From an uncultured Gammaproteobacteria bacterium (GTDB lineage Bacteria > Pseudomonadota > Gammaproteobacteria > Tethybacterales > Tethybacteraceae), in the NCBI GenBank assembly GCA_964509765.1, contig CAZDYI010000105.1, positions 1,999-65,998 of the forward strand: a stretch of DNA of 64,000 nt, read 5' to 3'. A program made the position numbers and the translations under genes. Below the pieces are notes generated by a model. That model did no database searches. It saw only the letters and a list, made by a program, of their open reading frames with translations, and was not told the DNA's origin. Of this stretch, positions 1-9,840 are shown one piece after another. Within the stretch, counting starts at the first letter, position 1. The number at the start of each line of letters is the position of its first letter.

Positions 1-5
1 GCGCT

Positions 6-431
6 TCAGTTGGCGGCGGGCGCGGAGTCAAGCACTGCGTTGACCATCCGGTATCCCTTGTCCGAGCCGTACTCCTTGCACAGGTTCACCCACTCGTTGA
101 TGACGACGGCCTTGGGGGTCTCGGGGCAGTCGAGCAGCTCGAGCATCGCAAGGACGAGCACGATGCGGTCGACCAGCGCGACCTCCTCGAGCGGGAAGTC
201 CATCAGGCCGTCTAGGCGCGCCATCGCGTCCTCCCGCCTTGCGTTGAACGAGGAGACAATGGTCCTGAGCAGCTCGTTCGAGTGCTCCGCGACCAGCCCG
301 CTTCCGCCGTCGGCGGCAAGTGCGGACTCGACTCCCAGGCCAAGGTCGCCGACCAGTCCCTCGCCGAGCGAGTAGGCCCCGAGCAAGGCCAGGCGGCGCG
401 CCTGGTGCCGCGGGTTGCCGGCGGCGGGCAT
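6..431 (-). CDS. nusB: Transcription antitermination factor NusB
   Basis: 141-aa ORF with NusB-like sequence (..NEWVNLCKEYGSDKGYRMVNAVLD). Its start abuts the ribH stop (431/432), the conserved ribH-nusB pair. Confidence 0.9.
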   Translation of the reverse strand: MPAAGNPRHQARRLALLGAYSLGEGLVGDLGLGVESALAADGGSGLVAEHSNELLRTIVSSFNARREDAMARLDGLMDFPLEEVALVDRIVLVLAMLELLDCPETPKAVVINEWVNLCKEYGSDKGYRMVNAVLDSAPAAN

Positions 432-914
432 TCAGTCCTTCTCCGTTTTGGTGTACACATCGAACCTTAGGTTGGCCATAACGGCTGCGGCGCGGGCGAA
501 CTCAGCTCCCTTGGTCTTGCACCGCTCCATTGCCTGATCCTCGGTGTTGCACGTGAGCACGCCGTTAATGACCGGAATCGCGGTGTCGAGGGCCACCTGC
601 ATGATAGCGGCCGCAGACTGCTGGCAGACGATCTCGAAGTGGTAGGTGTCGCCCCTGATTACACAGCCCAAGGCAACCATCACTTCTGGCTCAGGATCCT
701 CCCCCGACAACCAGTTAAGCGCCTGGGCGATTTCCAGGGCGCCCGGCACCCTGGTGCGAATGATGGATCCCGTGCCGTGCAACGGCAGGATCGCCCCAAG
801 AAACCCCTTCTCAAGTATGTCCACCAACTCCTTGTTGTAAGAGGATGTAACGACGGCGATTTTGCCGTTGATCACTGGCGGCGGAGCCTCGTCTTCCGGC
901 TTCTTCTTGCCCAT
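432..914 (-). CDS. ribH: 6,7-dimethyl-8-ribityllumazine synthase
   Basis: 160 aa with lumazine synthase blocks (KIAVVTSSYNKELVDILEKG, VPGALEIAQAL, GCVIRGDTYHFEIV). Lies between ribB and nusB. Confidence 0.93.
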   Translation of the reverse strand: MGKKKPEDEAPPPVINGKIAVVTSSYNKELVDILEKGFLGAILPLHGTGSIIRTRVPGALEIAQALNWLSGEDPEPEVMVALGCVIRGDTYHFEIVCQQSAAAIMQVALDTAIPVINGVLTCNTEDQAMERCKTKGAEFARAAAVMANLRFDVYTKTEKD

Positions 915-919
915 CGCCG

Positions 920-2002
920 CTAAGGCTGGATGATCTCGGAGATCGTCAGGCCGAAGCCCTCCATGCTCGGCAGCCGCAGCGGCGAGGACAGCAGGCGCAT
1001 CTCCGAGACCCCGAGGTCGCGGAGGATCTGCGCGCCGATTCCGTACGAGCGCACGAGCTGCGACTCGCTGCCCTCGTGCTCCTTCCTGCCGTCGCCCGCA
1101 AGGCTGACGCCGTCCGGCTCGCCGGTCTGGAGCGCAAGGAGGATCGCCGTGGGCTCGTCTGCGAACCGGTCCAGCGAGCCCTGCACGGTCCAGGACCTCG
1201 TGGGGAGATCGGTCGCGATGCAGTCGAGCAGGTTCGGGTTTGCGATCACGCGGACCAGCGGCGGCCTGTCCGCGATCTCTCCTCGCATGAGCGCGACGTG
1301 GACGCCGTCCGAGACCTCGTCGCGGTACAGGTGCGCGCGGAACGTTCCCGCGGACGTGCCGACGTCGGCCTCGCCCTCCTTGCGCACGAGGCTCTCCTTG
1401 CGGAGCCGGTGCTCGATCACCGACGATATCGTCAGCAGCGGCAGGCCGTGCTCGTCCGCGATTTTCTCCAGGTCCGGCATGCGCGCCATGGTCCCGTCAG
1501 CAAGCTGGATCTCCGAGATCAGGCCGGCCGGCTCGAGGCCGGCAAGCGCGGCGAGGTCGCACGCCGCCTCGGTGTGCCCGGCGCGGTTGAGCACCCCGCC
1601 GGGGACGGCGCGCAAGGGGAAGACGTGGCCCGGGCGCACCAGGTCGCGCGGGCTTGCGTCCGGAGCGATCGCGGCCTTGATGGTCGTGGTCCGGTCGACC
1701 GCGGAGCTGCCGGTCGTGACCCCGCGCGCGGCCTCGACGGTCACCGTGAACGCCGTCTCCTGCGCGTTGCCGCCGTCGGGCGCCATCAGCGGCAGCCCGA
1801 GGCGCTCGCAGCGCTCGCTCGTCATCGCCAGGGTGATGATGGTCCTCGCGTGCTCGGCCATGAACGAGATCGCCTCGGGCGTGACCTTCTCGGCCGCCAT
1901 GACGAAGTCGCCCTCGTTCTCGCGCTGCTCGTCGTCGGCGAGCACGACCATCCTGCCCTCGCCTAGGGCGGCGACGGCCTCGTCAATCGTCGCCGTCTTC
2001 AT
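920..2002 (-). CDS. ribB: 3,4-dihydroxy-2-butanone-4-phosphate synthase fused to a degenerate GTP-cyclohydrolase-II-like domain (RibBX type)
   Basis: N-terminal half matches DHBP synthase (VVLADDEQRENEGDFVMAAEKVTPEAISFM, HTEAACDLA). The C-terminal half aligns to GCH-II but has no Cys-rich zinc motif (VRVIANPNLLDCIATDL). I prefer ATG 2000-2002, which has AGGA 6 nt upstream, over the TTG at 2026 in the ORF track. Confidence 0.85.
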   Translation of the reverse strand: MKTATIDEAVAALGEGRMVVLADDEQRENEGDFVMAAEKVTPEAISFMAEHARTIITLAMTSERCERLGLPLMAPDGGNAQETAFTVTVEAARGVTTGSSAVDRTTTIKAAIAPDASPRDLVRPGHVFPLRAVPGGVLNRAGHTEAACDLAALAGLEPAGLISEIQLADGTMARMPDLEKIADEHGLPLLTISSVIEHRLRKESLVRKEGEADVGTSAGTFRAHLYRDEVSDGVHVALMRGEIADRPPLVRVIANPNLLDCIATDLPTRSWTVQGSLDRFADEPTAILLALQTGEPDGVSLAGDGRKEHEGSESQLVRSYGIGAQILRDLGVSEMRLLSSPLRLPSMEGFGLTISEIIQP

Positions 2003-2477
2003 CGGCGTCCTGGATCGTGCCCACAACCTGGGCGCAGACGAGCGCGGCCAGGAAGCAGAACAGCAGCAGGGTCATGCCGGGGATGCTCAGGCCGAACAGC
2101 TCCCAGCCGATCAGCGAGCAGTCGGCCTGCGCGTCGAACGCCTCCTTGATGAGCTCGGTCATCCCCGCTATCTGCGGCTGCTCGGACAGGCACTCCGCCT
2201 CGAGGTCCACGGGCCGGTTCTGGATGTACACGTGCCTGCCGGCGAACAGGAAGCCGAACGCAAGGATCACGCCGTTGACCCCGGACAGGACGTGGCGGGT
2301 GCGGGTGCGTGACGTGAACAGCCCGCAGAGGAACACCAGTCCCATAAGCGCTACGACGAAGCGGTCGAGTATGCACAGCGGGCACGGCTCAAGCAGCAGG
2401 TAGCGCTCGAGGAAGAAGTAGGCGAACAGCAGCGAGAAGACGCAGGTCGCCAGGCCTATGATGTTTGCGGGGCGCAC
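1983..2477 (-). CDS. dsbB: Disulfide bond formation protein B
   Basis: 164-aa hydrophobic protein with about 4 TM segments and a CPLC pair after TM1 (LLLEPCPLCILDR). GTG start. Its 3' end overlaps the ribB start by about 20 nt. Confidence 0.8.
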   Translation of the reverse strand: MRPANIIGLATCVFSLLFAYFFLERYLLLEPCPLCILDRFVVALMGLVFLCGLFTSRTRTRHVLSGVNGVILAFGFLFAGRHVYIQNRPVDLEAECLSEQPQIAGMTELIKEAFDAQADCSLIGWELFGLSIPGMTLLLFCFLAALVCAQVVGTIQDADEDGDD

Positions 2478-2482
2478 GGCAG

Positions 2483-3145
2483 TCAGGGTCCCCGCGCCGA
2501 CTCGACGAAGCCCGCGACCGAAGGCGCCATCAGCCCGACCATGACGCCTATGCCCTCCCCGTTCGGGTGGAGGCCGTCGTCCTGGTTTAGCGACGGCACC
2601 AGCGCGACGCCCTCGAGTATGAAGGGGTAGAGCTCGACGCCGTGGCGCTCGGCGAGGTCCGTGTAGATGCGGTCGAAGCTGTTCTTGTACTGCGGCCCCC
2701 AGTTGAGCGGCGCCTGGGCTCCGACGAGCATGACAGGAACGCCGGCCCTGCCGAACTCCGCGAGCATGTCGTCGAGGTTGTCCCGGGTCGCCTCGGGCCT
2801 GATCGCCCGCAGAGCGTCGTTAGAGCCGAGCGCCAGAAGCACGCCGTCGGGCTCGGACGCGATCACCGAGGAGACCCGAAACAATCCGTCTGAGGTAGTG
2901 TCGCCCGAGACCGCGTGGTCGGTCACCTCGACGGCCAGCCCCATGCCCGCAAGCTGCTCCTGCATGCGCGGGATGAACCCGGCGCCTGCGGGCAGGCCGT
3001 AGCCGTCCATCAGGCTGTCGCCGAACGCGGCGAGCCGGAACTCGGCTGCGGAGGCGCCCGCGCAGGCGAATGCCAGCGCGGCGAGCAGGCCGGCAACAAG
3101 CCGAGCGGGGCTAGAACTCATATAAAATTCGGGGGATGCAACCAA
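2483..3145 (-). CDS. tesA: SGNH/GDSL hydrolase, TesA-like arylesterase/thioesterase I
   Basis: Signal peptide followed by block [11 protein letters not shown], block III GSNDAL and block V DDGLHPN. Divergent from ybbA-ybbP, as for E. coli tesA. The start is either TTG 3145 or ATG 3121. Confidence 0.85.
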   Translation of the reverse strand: MVASPEFYMSSSPARLVAGLLAALAFACAGASAAEFRLAAFGDSLMDGYGLPAGAGFIPRMQEQLAGMGLAVEVTDHAVSGDTTSDGLFRVSSVIASEPDGVLLALGSNDALRAIRPEATRDNLDDMLAEFGRAGVPVMLVGAQAPLNWGPQYKNSFDRIYTDLAERHGVELYPFILEGVALVPSLNQDDGLHPNGEGIGVMVGLMAPSVAGFVESARGP

Positions 3146-3843
3146 ATCCCGTTCGAGAGGATTCTAACGCCAGCAACGCAGTAGAGCTAGACCGGATCAA
3201 CCTTTCCCTTCCCGTCGACGCCGGCGGGCAGATCGACATCCTCAAGGAGGTATCCCTCGAGCTCGGGATCGCGGCGAAGTGCGGCCTGGTCGGCCCTTCA
3301 GGCTCCGGCAAGACCTCGCTGCTGACCGTGATCGCCGGCCTGCGCCGGCCGACCTCGGGGACGGTTTCGATCATGGGCGAGAACCTCGGCGAGTGCGACG
3401 AGGAGACCCTCGCGTCGTTCCGCCGGCAGAACATCGGCGTGATCTTCCAGAACTTCCACCTGCTGCCGGCGATGACCGCGATCGAGAACGTCGCGATGCC
3501 GCTCGAGCTCTCGGGTGACGACGAGGCCGAGGCCCACGCGGAGAAGGCGCTCGACATGGTCGGGCTCAGCCACCGCCTGACCCACTTCCCGCACCAGCTC
3601 TCCGGCGGCGAGCAGCAGCGGGTGGCGATCGCGCGCGCGTTCGTCGCGAAGCCGAGGCTGATCCTCGCGGACGAGCCGACCGGAAACCTCGACGGCAAGA
3701 CCGGCGACCACGTCATGGAGATCCTCGACGAGATGAGCTCCGGCAACGAGGCCACGATGCTGCTGATCACGCACAACATGGAGCTCCTCAAGGGGCTTTC
3801 CAAGGTCGTCCAGATGAACGACGGCCATCTGTCCGAGCGGTGA
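3136..3843 (+). CDS. ybbA: ABC transporter ATP-binding protein (YbbA/LolD-like)
   Basis: Walker [13 protein letters not shown] signature LSGGEQQR and Walker B LILADEPT. Confidence 0.92.
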   Translation: MQPNPVREDSNASNAVELDRINLSLPVDAGGQIDILKEVSLELGIAAKCGLVGPSGSGKTSLLTVIAGLRRPTSGTVSIMGENLGECDEETLASFRRQNIGVIFQNFHLLPAMTAIENVAMPLELSGDDEAEAHAEKALDMVGLSHRLTHFPHQLSGGEQQRVAIARAFVAKPRLILADEPTGNLDGKTGDHVMEILDEMSSGNEATMLLITHNMELLKGLSKVVQMNDGHLSER

Positions 3844-6386
3844 TCGTCCAGTTCACCCGGTCCGCCAAGCTTGTCGCGCGGCGGGAGCTGCGCAAGGGCA
3901 AGGCGACCTTCGTGCTGCCGGTGATCACCACCGCGCTCGCCGCGGCGATGCTGCACGCGGTCCTCGGGCTCGGCGACGCGCTGCGGAACACGCTCTCGTC
4001 CGACGCGACCGTCATACTCGGCGGCGACTTCGAGATCAGGATGTCGCTGCGGGACTTCAGCGAAGAGGAGCTCGACTGGATCGTCACCAACAGCGACCGG
4101 ACCAGCCGCGTGACCGCGGTCCGCTCTGCGGCGTTCACCGACGAGCTGTCGGCGCTCATGCAGATCAGGGCCGTCGACGCGGAGTACCCGCTGTTCGGCG
4201 AGGTCGGCATGGTCGGCGACGTGCCCTACTCGCACGACCTCCTGACCCAGCCGACGGGCGACTCGGTCCCGGCGGTGATCTCGTCCGACCTCGGCGACTC
4301 CCTCGAGATCGGCGTGGGCGACGGCCTGCAGGTCGGCGGCGCCTCTCTCGTCGTGACCGGGATCGCCGACGCGATACCCGACCCGAACGCGACGATGCTC
4401 CTGAACGCTCCGGTGATCTTTTTGAGCCACGACGGCCTCGCGCGGACCGGGCTCAACCAGCTCGGGGCGCTGAGGTCCATGAGGATCAAGGTCGACGTCG
4501 GCGACCGCGACCTGGTGGAGTGGCGGGAGTCCATCGACGCGGCGTTCCCGGAGGACCCGTGGCGGATCCGCGGGACCGACCGGGTCGTGCCCAACCTCCA
4601 GGACGTCATCGACCGGATGGAGACGATGATGCTCCTGGTCTCGCTCGGGACGATGCTGATCGCCGGCATCTGCGTCGGCAGCTCGGTGAGCACCTACCTG
4701 CGGGCCCGCATCACATCGATCGCGGTGCTCAAGTCCCTTGGGATGCCGGCCGCGGAGATCAGGACGGCGTACCTGGCCGTCTCGCTGCTTTTCGTCCTTG
4801 TCGGATCGGCCGTCGGGATACCCGTCGGGATGGCGGGGCAGCAGGCGATCATCGAGGTGCTTTCCGGGCAGCTGCCCTTCGAGATCGCGTCCGGCTTCTC
4901 TCTCGGCAACTTCCTGATCGTCCCGCTGATCGCCGTCCTCACCGCCTGGATCTTCGCGATCCGCCCGCTCCGGACTTTCTGCGCGATCAGCCCGACGAGC
5001 CTGTTCTCGCTGTCGTCGGGCCACGCCGCCGACACCGAGACGAGGCTGGACCGCGAGTCGCTCGTCGACATCGCGCTTCCCGCGGCCGCCCTGGTGGTGC
5101 TGCTCGTCCTGGTAGCCGGGGACCAGCTGTTCCTGCTTTACTTCACGCTCGGCGGGGTCGTCGCGGCGGTGCTGTTCCGCTACCTCGCGACCGGCATGAT
5201 CAAGGTCGCGGCGAAGACCCGTCCGCGGTCGGTTCCCGGCAAGATCGCCATGCGGTCGGTCGCCCGCAGCGGCGGGCAGATCGGAGCGGCCGCGGCGTCG
5301 CTCGGGGTCGGGCTGAGCACCCTGCTTACTTTCTCGCTCACCGAGGCGAACTTCAAGAACCAGCTCGACAAGACGCTTGCGTCCAAGACCCCCGAGTACT
5401 ACCTGCTCGGGATGCAGCCGGGCGACGCTGACAGGATAAGGGAGGCGGCCGCAGCGTGGCTGCCGACCGAGGAGGACCTCATCGAGCTGCCGATGCTGCG
5501 CGGCTCGGTCACCCACCTCAACGGCGTCCCCGTCGAGGAGATCGAGGCGCCCGAGGAGTACGACTGGATAATCGACGAGGACCGCAGGTTCACCTGGGCG
5601 GGGAACCAGAACACCGAGTGGTTCGGCAGCTCGCGGGTCTCAGACGGCGAGCCCTGGGACGGAAGCGACGGCGGGCTGTACGTCTCGTTCGACGCCGAGG
5701 CCGCAAAGGAGTTCGGGCTGTCCATCGGCGACCCGATCGGCTTCCGTGTCGAGGGCGCCGAGCACGAGCTCACGATAGCGAACCTGCGCAGGATCGACTG
5801 GACCACCTTCGACGTGAACTTCGCACTCGTCCTGTCCGACGGCCCGTGGTCGGATCTGCCGCACGGCTTCCTCGGCTCGGTGCGCGACCTTCAGGGGGAC
5901 CACCACTCGTTCCAGCGCGAGGTCATCAGCGTCGCGCCGAGCATTACGCCGATCCGGACGCGGACGATCGTCGCCTCGGTGACGGGGCTGCTCGAGCGGA
6001 TCGGGATACTGCTTAACATGGTCACGCTGACCGCGACGGTCTCGGGCATCCTGGTCCTTGCCGCGGCGATTGCCGAGGGCAAGTACCGCCGGCAACAGGA
6101 CTCCGTCGTGCTGCGCATACTCGGGACCTCGCACGACACGCTGTCGAAGGTATTCAGGATCGAGTTCGCCGCGATCGCGGCGATCGCCGCGGTCCCGGCG
6201 CTCGGCGTCGCGATGGCCGCGAGCTACCTGGTCACCGACCTGATCTTCCAGCTGCCCTGGCAGATGGACTGGGTCAACGCGGGCCTCGTCTTGCTGGCGA
6301 CGTTCGTGACCGTCATGGGGATGGGCTCGGCCGGAACCCTGCGGCTTGTGCGCACGCCGCCGCTTGCGCTGCTGCGCAACGAGTGA
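3840..6386 (+). CDS. ybbP: FtsX-family ABC transporter permease (YbbP-like)
   Basis: 848 aa with two FtsX-type TM bundles separated by large soluble regions. GTGA start/stop overlap with the ATPase gene. Confidence 0.88.
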   Translation: MIVQFTRSAKLVARRELRKGKATFVLPVITTALAAAMLHAVLGLGDALRNTLSSDATVILGGDFEIRMSLRDFSEEELDWIVTNSDRTSRVTAVRSAAFTDELSALMQIRAVDAEYPLFGEVGMVGDVPYSHDLLTQPTGDSVPAVISSDLGDSLEIGVGDGLQVGGASLVVTGIADAIPDPNATMLLNAPVIFLSHDGLARTGLNQLGALRSMRIKVDVGDRDLVEWRESIDAAFPEDPWRIRGTDRVVPNLQDVIDRMETMMLLVSLGTMLIAGICVGSSVSTYLRARITSIAVLKSLGMPAAEIRTAYLAVSLLFVLVGSAVGIPVGMAGQQAIIEVLSGQLPFEIASGFSLGNFLIVPLIAVLTAWIFAIRPLRTFCAISPTSLFSLSSGHAADTETRLDRESLVDIALPAAALVVLLVLVAGDQLFLLYFTLGGVVAAVLFRYLATGMIKVAAKTRPRSVPGKIAMRSVARSGGQIGAAAASLGVGLSTLLTFSLTEANFKNQLDKTLASKTPEYYLLGMQPGDADRIREAAAAWLPTEEDLIELPMLRGSVTHLNGVPVEEIEAPEEYDWIIDEDRRFTWAGNQNTEWFGSSRVSDGEPWDGSDGGLYVSFDAEAAKEFGLSIGDPIGFRVEGAEHELTIANLRRIDWTTFDVNFALVLSDGPWSDLPHGFLGSVRDLQGDHHSFQREVISVAPSITPIRTRTIVASVTGLLERIGILLNMVTLTATVSGILVLAAAIAEGKYRRQQDSVVLRILGTSHDTLSKVFRIEFAAIAAIAAVPALGVAMAASYLVTDLIFQLPWQMDWVNAGLVLLATFVTVMGMGSAGTLRLVRTPPLALLRNE

Positions 6387-6408
6387 GGGGGGCGCTTCCC
6401 GGGCGGGC

Positions 6409-6870
6409 CTAGCCTTCCTTGCGCTTCTCCACGACCCTGATGCTCACGACCTCCATTTCGCGGTCGACGGCCTTGCACATGTCGTACACCGTCGCGAGCG
6501 CGACGTGCACCGCGACGAGCGCCTCCATCTCGACGCCGGTCGCCGAGCGCGAGCTCGCCTCTGCTGCGCAGACCACCTCGCCCGCCCTGTCGTCCACGGA
6601 AAGGTCGACGCCGACCTTGTCGAGAGGGACCTGGTGACAGAGAGGGATGAGGTCCCAGGTGCGCTTGGCGGCGGAAACGGCCGCGACGGTCGCGACTGCG
6701 AAGACGGATCCCTTCGGGCCGCTTTCCGCCCTGATCGCGTCGAGCGCCGCGGCGGACACCCTCATCCGGCCCTGCGCGCGCGCGTAGCGCCGCACCGCGG
6801 GCTTGCCGCCGACGTCGACCATCGACGGCGCGCCGCCCTCGCCGACGTGGCTGAGCGGACCGTCTGTCAT
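6409..6870 (-). CDS. moaC: Cyclic pyranopterin monophosphate synthase MoaC
   Basis: 153 aa from ATG 6868-6870, with the MoaC core (DLIPLCHQVPLDKVGVDL, ATGVEMEALVAVHVALATVYDMCKA). The 540-aa track ORF is an upstream read-through and was trimmed. Confidence 0.9.
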   Translation of the reverse strand: MTDGPLSHVGEGGAPSMVDVGGKPAVRRYARAQGRMRVSAAALDAIRAESGPKGSVFAVATVAAVSAAKRTWDLIPLCHQVPLDKVGVDLSVDDRAGEVVCAAEASSRSATGVEMEALVAVHVALATVYDMCKAVDREMEVVSIRVVEKRKEG

Positions 6871-6891
6871 CCGGATGCGGGACGCGGCACG

Positions 6892-8250
6892 GTGAAAAAG
6901 TATACCGCCACCATCGCCGCCCTGGCTGCGTGCGCGCTCGCCTCCGCGGCGGCGCCCGCGGCGAGGGCCGACGAGTTTCCGCAGCTCTCGGACGAGCAGA
7001 TGGGCGCTGTGCAGCGCAGGCTCGCAGTCGCGTACACGCACGACCGCGCCAGCTCCGACCCGGTGCTGCAGCAGTACGTCCTCGAGCTCAACGAGAGGCT
7101 GGACGCCAACCCGCGCACCTACGTGACGTTCGTCCGCGACGGGAGCCTGAACGCCTACGCGGCCTGGGGGAACGTGATCGTGATCAACTCGGGGCTGCTT
7201 TCGTTCACGCAGTCCGAGGACGAGATCGTCGCGGTCCTCGCGCACGAGCACGCTCACATCACCCAGGAGCACTTCCACCGCATGCCCGAGGAAGCCTCGC
7301 TCGTAAGGGGCGTGGCGACCGCGGGCTTTCTCGTCGCGCTGCTCGCCGGCAACACCGACGCGGCGAACGCCTTCGCCGGCGCCTCGGGGCTGGCGGCGAA
7401 CCAGGAGCTCGCCGCGCTCCGCGAGTTCGAGCGCGAGGCGGACAACATCGCCGTGCGCACGATGGTCCGCGCGGGCTACGACCCCGACGGCTTCGTCGAC
7501 CTGCTCGGCAGGATGGGCAAGCCGGGTGAGAGCGCCGACCTGGAGTACCTCCGCACGCACCCCGTGACCGAGAACCGGGTATCGGAGCTGGCCGGGTTCA
7601 TCCGCTCCCAGGGAGGCGGCGGAGCCTCCAGGCCGGCGGACGGGCTCAGCTACTGGCTGGTCCGCGAGCGGAGCAACTGGCTCACCGAGCGCGGCGGCGG
7701 AACGGCGCCTCCTGAGGCGGTCGCAGGCGCGGTCAGGGACTACGGCGTGCTCATCCGCGGCAGGACCGGCGCGGCCGCCGCCGCCGAGAGGCTCTCCGGG
7801 CTCGCCGGAAACTGGATCGTCGCCCTCGCGCTCGCCGAGCACCGCATCGCCGCGGGCGACGCAGGCGCGGCGCTTGAGCTCATCGAGGAGGCGCGCAGGT
7901 CGGACCCGGACAACGTCGCGCTGGCCTCGGGCCACCTGCTTGCCCTGGCAGAGGCCAAGGACAGGACCAAGGCGGTCAAGGCGATCGCGAAGATGAGCTC
8001 GGGGCTGCGGAACAACTGGGACGTGGCGCACGCAGAGGCCAAGCTGTGGTCCGAGCTCGGCGACGAGTACAACTACAGGCTCGCGGTCGGCTTCTCGCAG
8101 TACTCCGCGGGCAACCTCAAGTCGGCCGAGAGCCAGGTCGCGCGGCTCAAGTCCCTCGGGGAAGGCCTCGCAAGCGAGACCAAGAAAAGCAGGATGCTCC
8201 TGCTCGAGGGAAAGATAAAGGCGCTGATGTCGCTGACCGAAAGCGGCTGA
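6892..8250 (+). CDS. Periplasmic M48 zinc metalloprotease with C-terminal TPR-like domain (BepA/YfgC-like)
   Basis: GTG 6892, signal peptide KKYTATIAALAACALASAAAPAARA, HEXXH motif in LAHEHAHITQEH, and a helical Ala/Leu-rich C-terminal half. The 634-aa track ORF was trimmed because its 5' part overlaps moaC. Confidence 0.82.
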   Translation: MKKYTATIAALAACALASAAAPAARADEFPQLSDEQMGAVQRRLAVAYTHDRASSDPVLQQYVLELNERLDANPRTYVTFVRDGSLNAYAAWGNVIVINSGLLSFTQSEDEIVAVLAHEHAHITQEHFHRMPEEASLVRGVATAGFLVALLAGNTDAANAFAGASGLAANQELAALREFEREADNIAVRTMVRAGYDPDGFVDLLGRMGKPGESADLEYLRTHPVTENRVSELAGFIRSQGGGGASRPADGLSYWLVRERSNWLTERGGGTAPPEAVAGAVRDYGVLIRGRTGAAAAAERLSGLAGNWIVALALAEHRIAAGDAGAALELIEEARRSDPDNVALASGHLLALAEAKDRTKAVKAIAKMSSGLRNNWDVAHAEAKLWSELGDEYNYRLAVGFSQYSAGNLKSAESQVARLKSLGEGLASETKKSRMLLLEGKIKALMSLTESG

Positions 8251-8268
8251 GGCCGCCCCGGCCGCGCC

Positions 8269-9813
8269 TCATGCGGACTGGGTCACCCTCTCGCCGGCGG
8301 GCAGCTGCTCGGGCAGCAGGTGCTCCCTGGCGTACTCCATGCACACGCCGCTGTCGACGAAGAAGCGGTACAGCTCGGGGTCGATCTGGTTCGAGTCCGC
8401 CATGTTCTGCATGATCGCCATGACCTGCTCGAGGGTCTTCGTCTTGCGGTAGCTCCGGTCCGGCGAGGACAGTCCCTCGAACCTGTCGGTGAGCGAGAGC
8501 ACCTTCGCGCGCAGCGACATGTCGTCGCCGGAGATCCCCTTGGGATAGCCCGAGCCGTCGCAGTTCTCGTGGTGCTTGCCGGCGATCTCGGGGACCTCGG
8601 TGAGGTTCTTCGGCCACGGGAGCTTGTCGAGCAGCCGGATCGATATGCTCGCGTGGTCCTCCATGACCTGCCGCTCCTCGGGGTTGAGCGTCCCGCGCTG
8701 CACGAGGAGGTTCTCGAGGTCGGCCCCGGCGATCAGCTCGCCGCCCTGGCAGGCCCTCCCCGCTATCTCGAGCAGGCGGTCCCTTGCGCCGTCGTCGAGG
8801 AACTCGCCGCCGGTGTTGAGAGCCCTGATGAACTCGAGGTCGTCGCGCTCGCACTCTGCGGCGGGGTCGGCATCGGGCACCTTCCCGCCGGCGTCCTCGA
8901 GCGCCCGCTCGAGCTGCTCGGTCCTGAGCTCGAGCGCCCGGATCACGAAGCGCAGGGCGACGAGGTCGATGTTGTCCTTGGTGTACTCGAGCTTCTTGCT
9001 CTTCTCGAGGACCTGGTCCGGGGTCGCGATCTTGCCGACGTCGTGTATGAGCGCGGCTATGCGAAGCTCGCGCAGGCCCTCCTCGTCGAGGCTGAAGTCC
9101 CGGTACGGGCCGCTGTCGTCGTCGGACATCGCCTGCGCGAGCATCATCGTCAGGATGGTCACCCGCTTGCAGTGCCCGCCGGTCACCTTGGAGCGCTCGT
9201 CGATCGCGGTCGAGATCATCTCGACGACCGAGTTGAGCAGCCGCTGCATGCCGAGGAACAGCAGGTTGTTCTCGATCGCTATACCGAGTATCGAGGCCAT
9301 CGCCTCGACGAACTCGACGTCCTCGCCCTCGAGCCCGTGACTCGCGTTGACGAGCTGGATCACCCCGATGACCGAGCCGTCCTCGGTCAGGAGCGGAACC
9401 GCCAGGAGCGACGAGGTGACGTAGCCGTGCTCCTCGTCGAACGACCTCACCGACGACAGGTCGAACTCGCCGTGTCCCTCGACGTCGCCGATGACGATCG
9501 GCCTTTTGACCCTGCAGCACTCGGCGGCGATCGAGCTCTCCCTCCTGTCGCCGCCGGCGATCCTCAGCGAGAACAGTCCCTTGATGTCCTGCGGGTTGAA
9601 CTCCTCGAGGACGTGGTGCAGCTTGAGGGGGAAGTTGATCGCAACGACGGCACAGAGCTCGCGCGATTTCTCGTCGTGCAGGTACAGCGTCCCGCCGTCG
9701 GCCTCGAGGCAGCTGCAGGCCGACTCGACGACCTTGAAGAATATGTGGGGAAAGTCCGTCTTGTTGGACAGGACCCGGCTGACCTCGATCAGCTCCTTGA
9801 GTTTTGATGCCAT
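8269..9813 (-). CDS. GAF domain-containing HD-GYP phosphohydrolase (putative c-di-GMP phosphodiesterase)
   Basis: 514 aa with an N-terminal GAF-like region and C-terminal HD-GYP motifs (LIHDVGKIATPD, HHENCDGSGYPKG). Confidence 0.85.
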   Translation of the reverse strand: MASKLKELIEVSRVLSNKTDFPHIFFKVVESACSCLEADGGTLYLHDEKSRELCAVVAINFPLKLHHVLEEFNPQDIKGLFSLRIAGGDRRESSIAAECCRVKRPIVIGDVEGHGEFDLSSVRSFDEEHGYVTSSLLAVPLLTEDGSVIGVIQLVNASHGLEGEDVEFVEAMASILGIAIENNLLFLGMQRLLNSVVEMISTAIDERSKVTGGHCKRVTILTMMLAQAMSDDDSGPYRDFSLDEEGLRELRIAALIHDVGKIATPDQVLEKSKKLEYTKDNIDLVALRFVIRALELRTEQLERALEDAGGKVPDADPAAECERDDLEFIRALNTGGEFLDDGARDRLLEIAGRACQGGELIAGADLENLLVQRGTLNPEERQVMEDHASISIRLLDKLPWPKNLTEVPEIAGKHHENCDGSGYPKGISGDDMSLRAKVLSLTDRFEGLSSPDRSYRKTKTLEQVMAIMQNMADSNQIDPELYRFFVDSGVCMEYAREHLLPEQLPAGERVTQSA

Positions 9814-9840
9814 GGCGCGGCTGCAGGGCTGCGGGTCGCG

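Noticed and set aside
1983-2030. FMN riboswitch upstream of the rib operon, and a glycine riboswitch upstream of malate synthase (32883-32907).
   Set aside because: ribB overlaps the end of dsbB, and aceB starts 25 nt after selD, so there is no room for a riboswitch aptamer at either site.
3111-5516. Very long antisense or alternative-frame ORFs (for example 3111-5516 minus 801 aa, 34475-36898 minus 807 aa, 16928-19156 plus 742 aa, 35590-37581 plus 663 aa, 49182-51011 minus 609 aa, 40774-42399 plus 541 aa).
   Set aside because: All are Arg/Pro/Gly/Asp/His-rich low-complexity translations lying opposite to, or out of frame with, genes that have clear family signatures. Stop codons are rare in off-frames at about 70% G+C, so the length of these ORFs is not evidence of coding.
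6346-8250. Over-extended 5' ends in the ORF track (6346-8250, 6409-8031, 10971-11777, 11506-12474, 22225-23283, 27596-28768, 28501-30060, 30785-32827, 31578-32882, 32752-34458, 39391-40692, 44804-46486, 46291-47193, 52402-54027, 55074-55994, 56316-57584, 58584-60491).
   Set aside because: The upstream parts run through neighbouring well-supported genes and have low-complexity translations. Family-conserved N-termini and 4-nt start/stop overlaps identify internal ATG/GTG/TTG starts, so I trimmed them.
8248-8271. GC-rich inverted repeats between convergent genes, considered as bidirectional terminators: TGAGGCCGCCCCGGCCGCGCCTCA at 8248-8271 and CCGGCATCCCCGGGATCGCCGG at 14527-14548.
   Set aside because: Both can form short stems but lack U-tracts on either strand, and the first is largely made of the two stop codons and their flanks. 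They are plausible RNA structures, but I cannot support them as terminators without 3'-end data.
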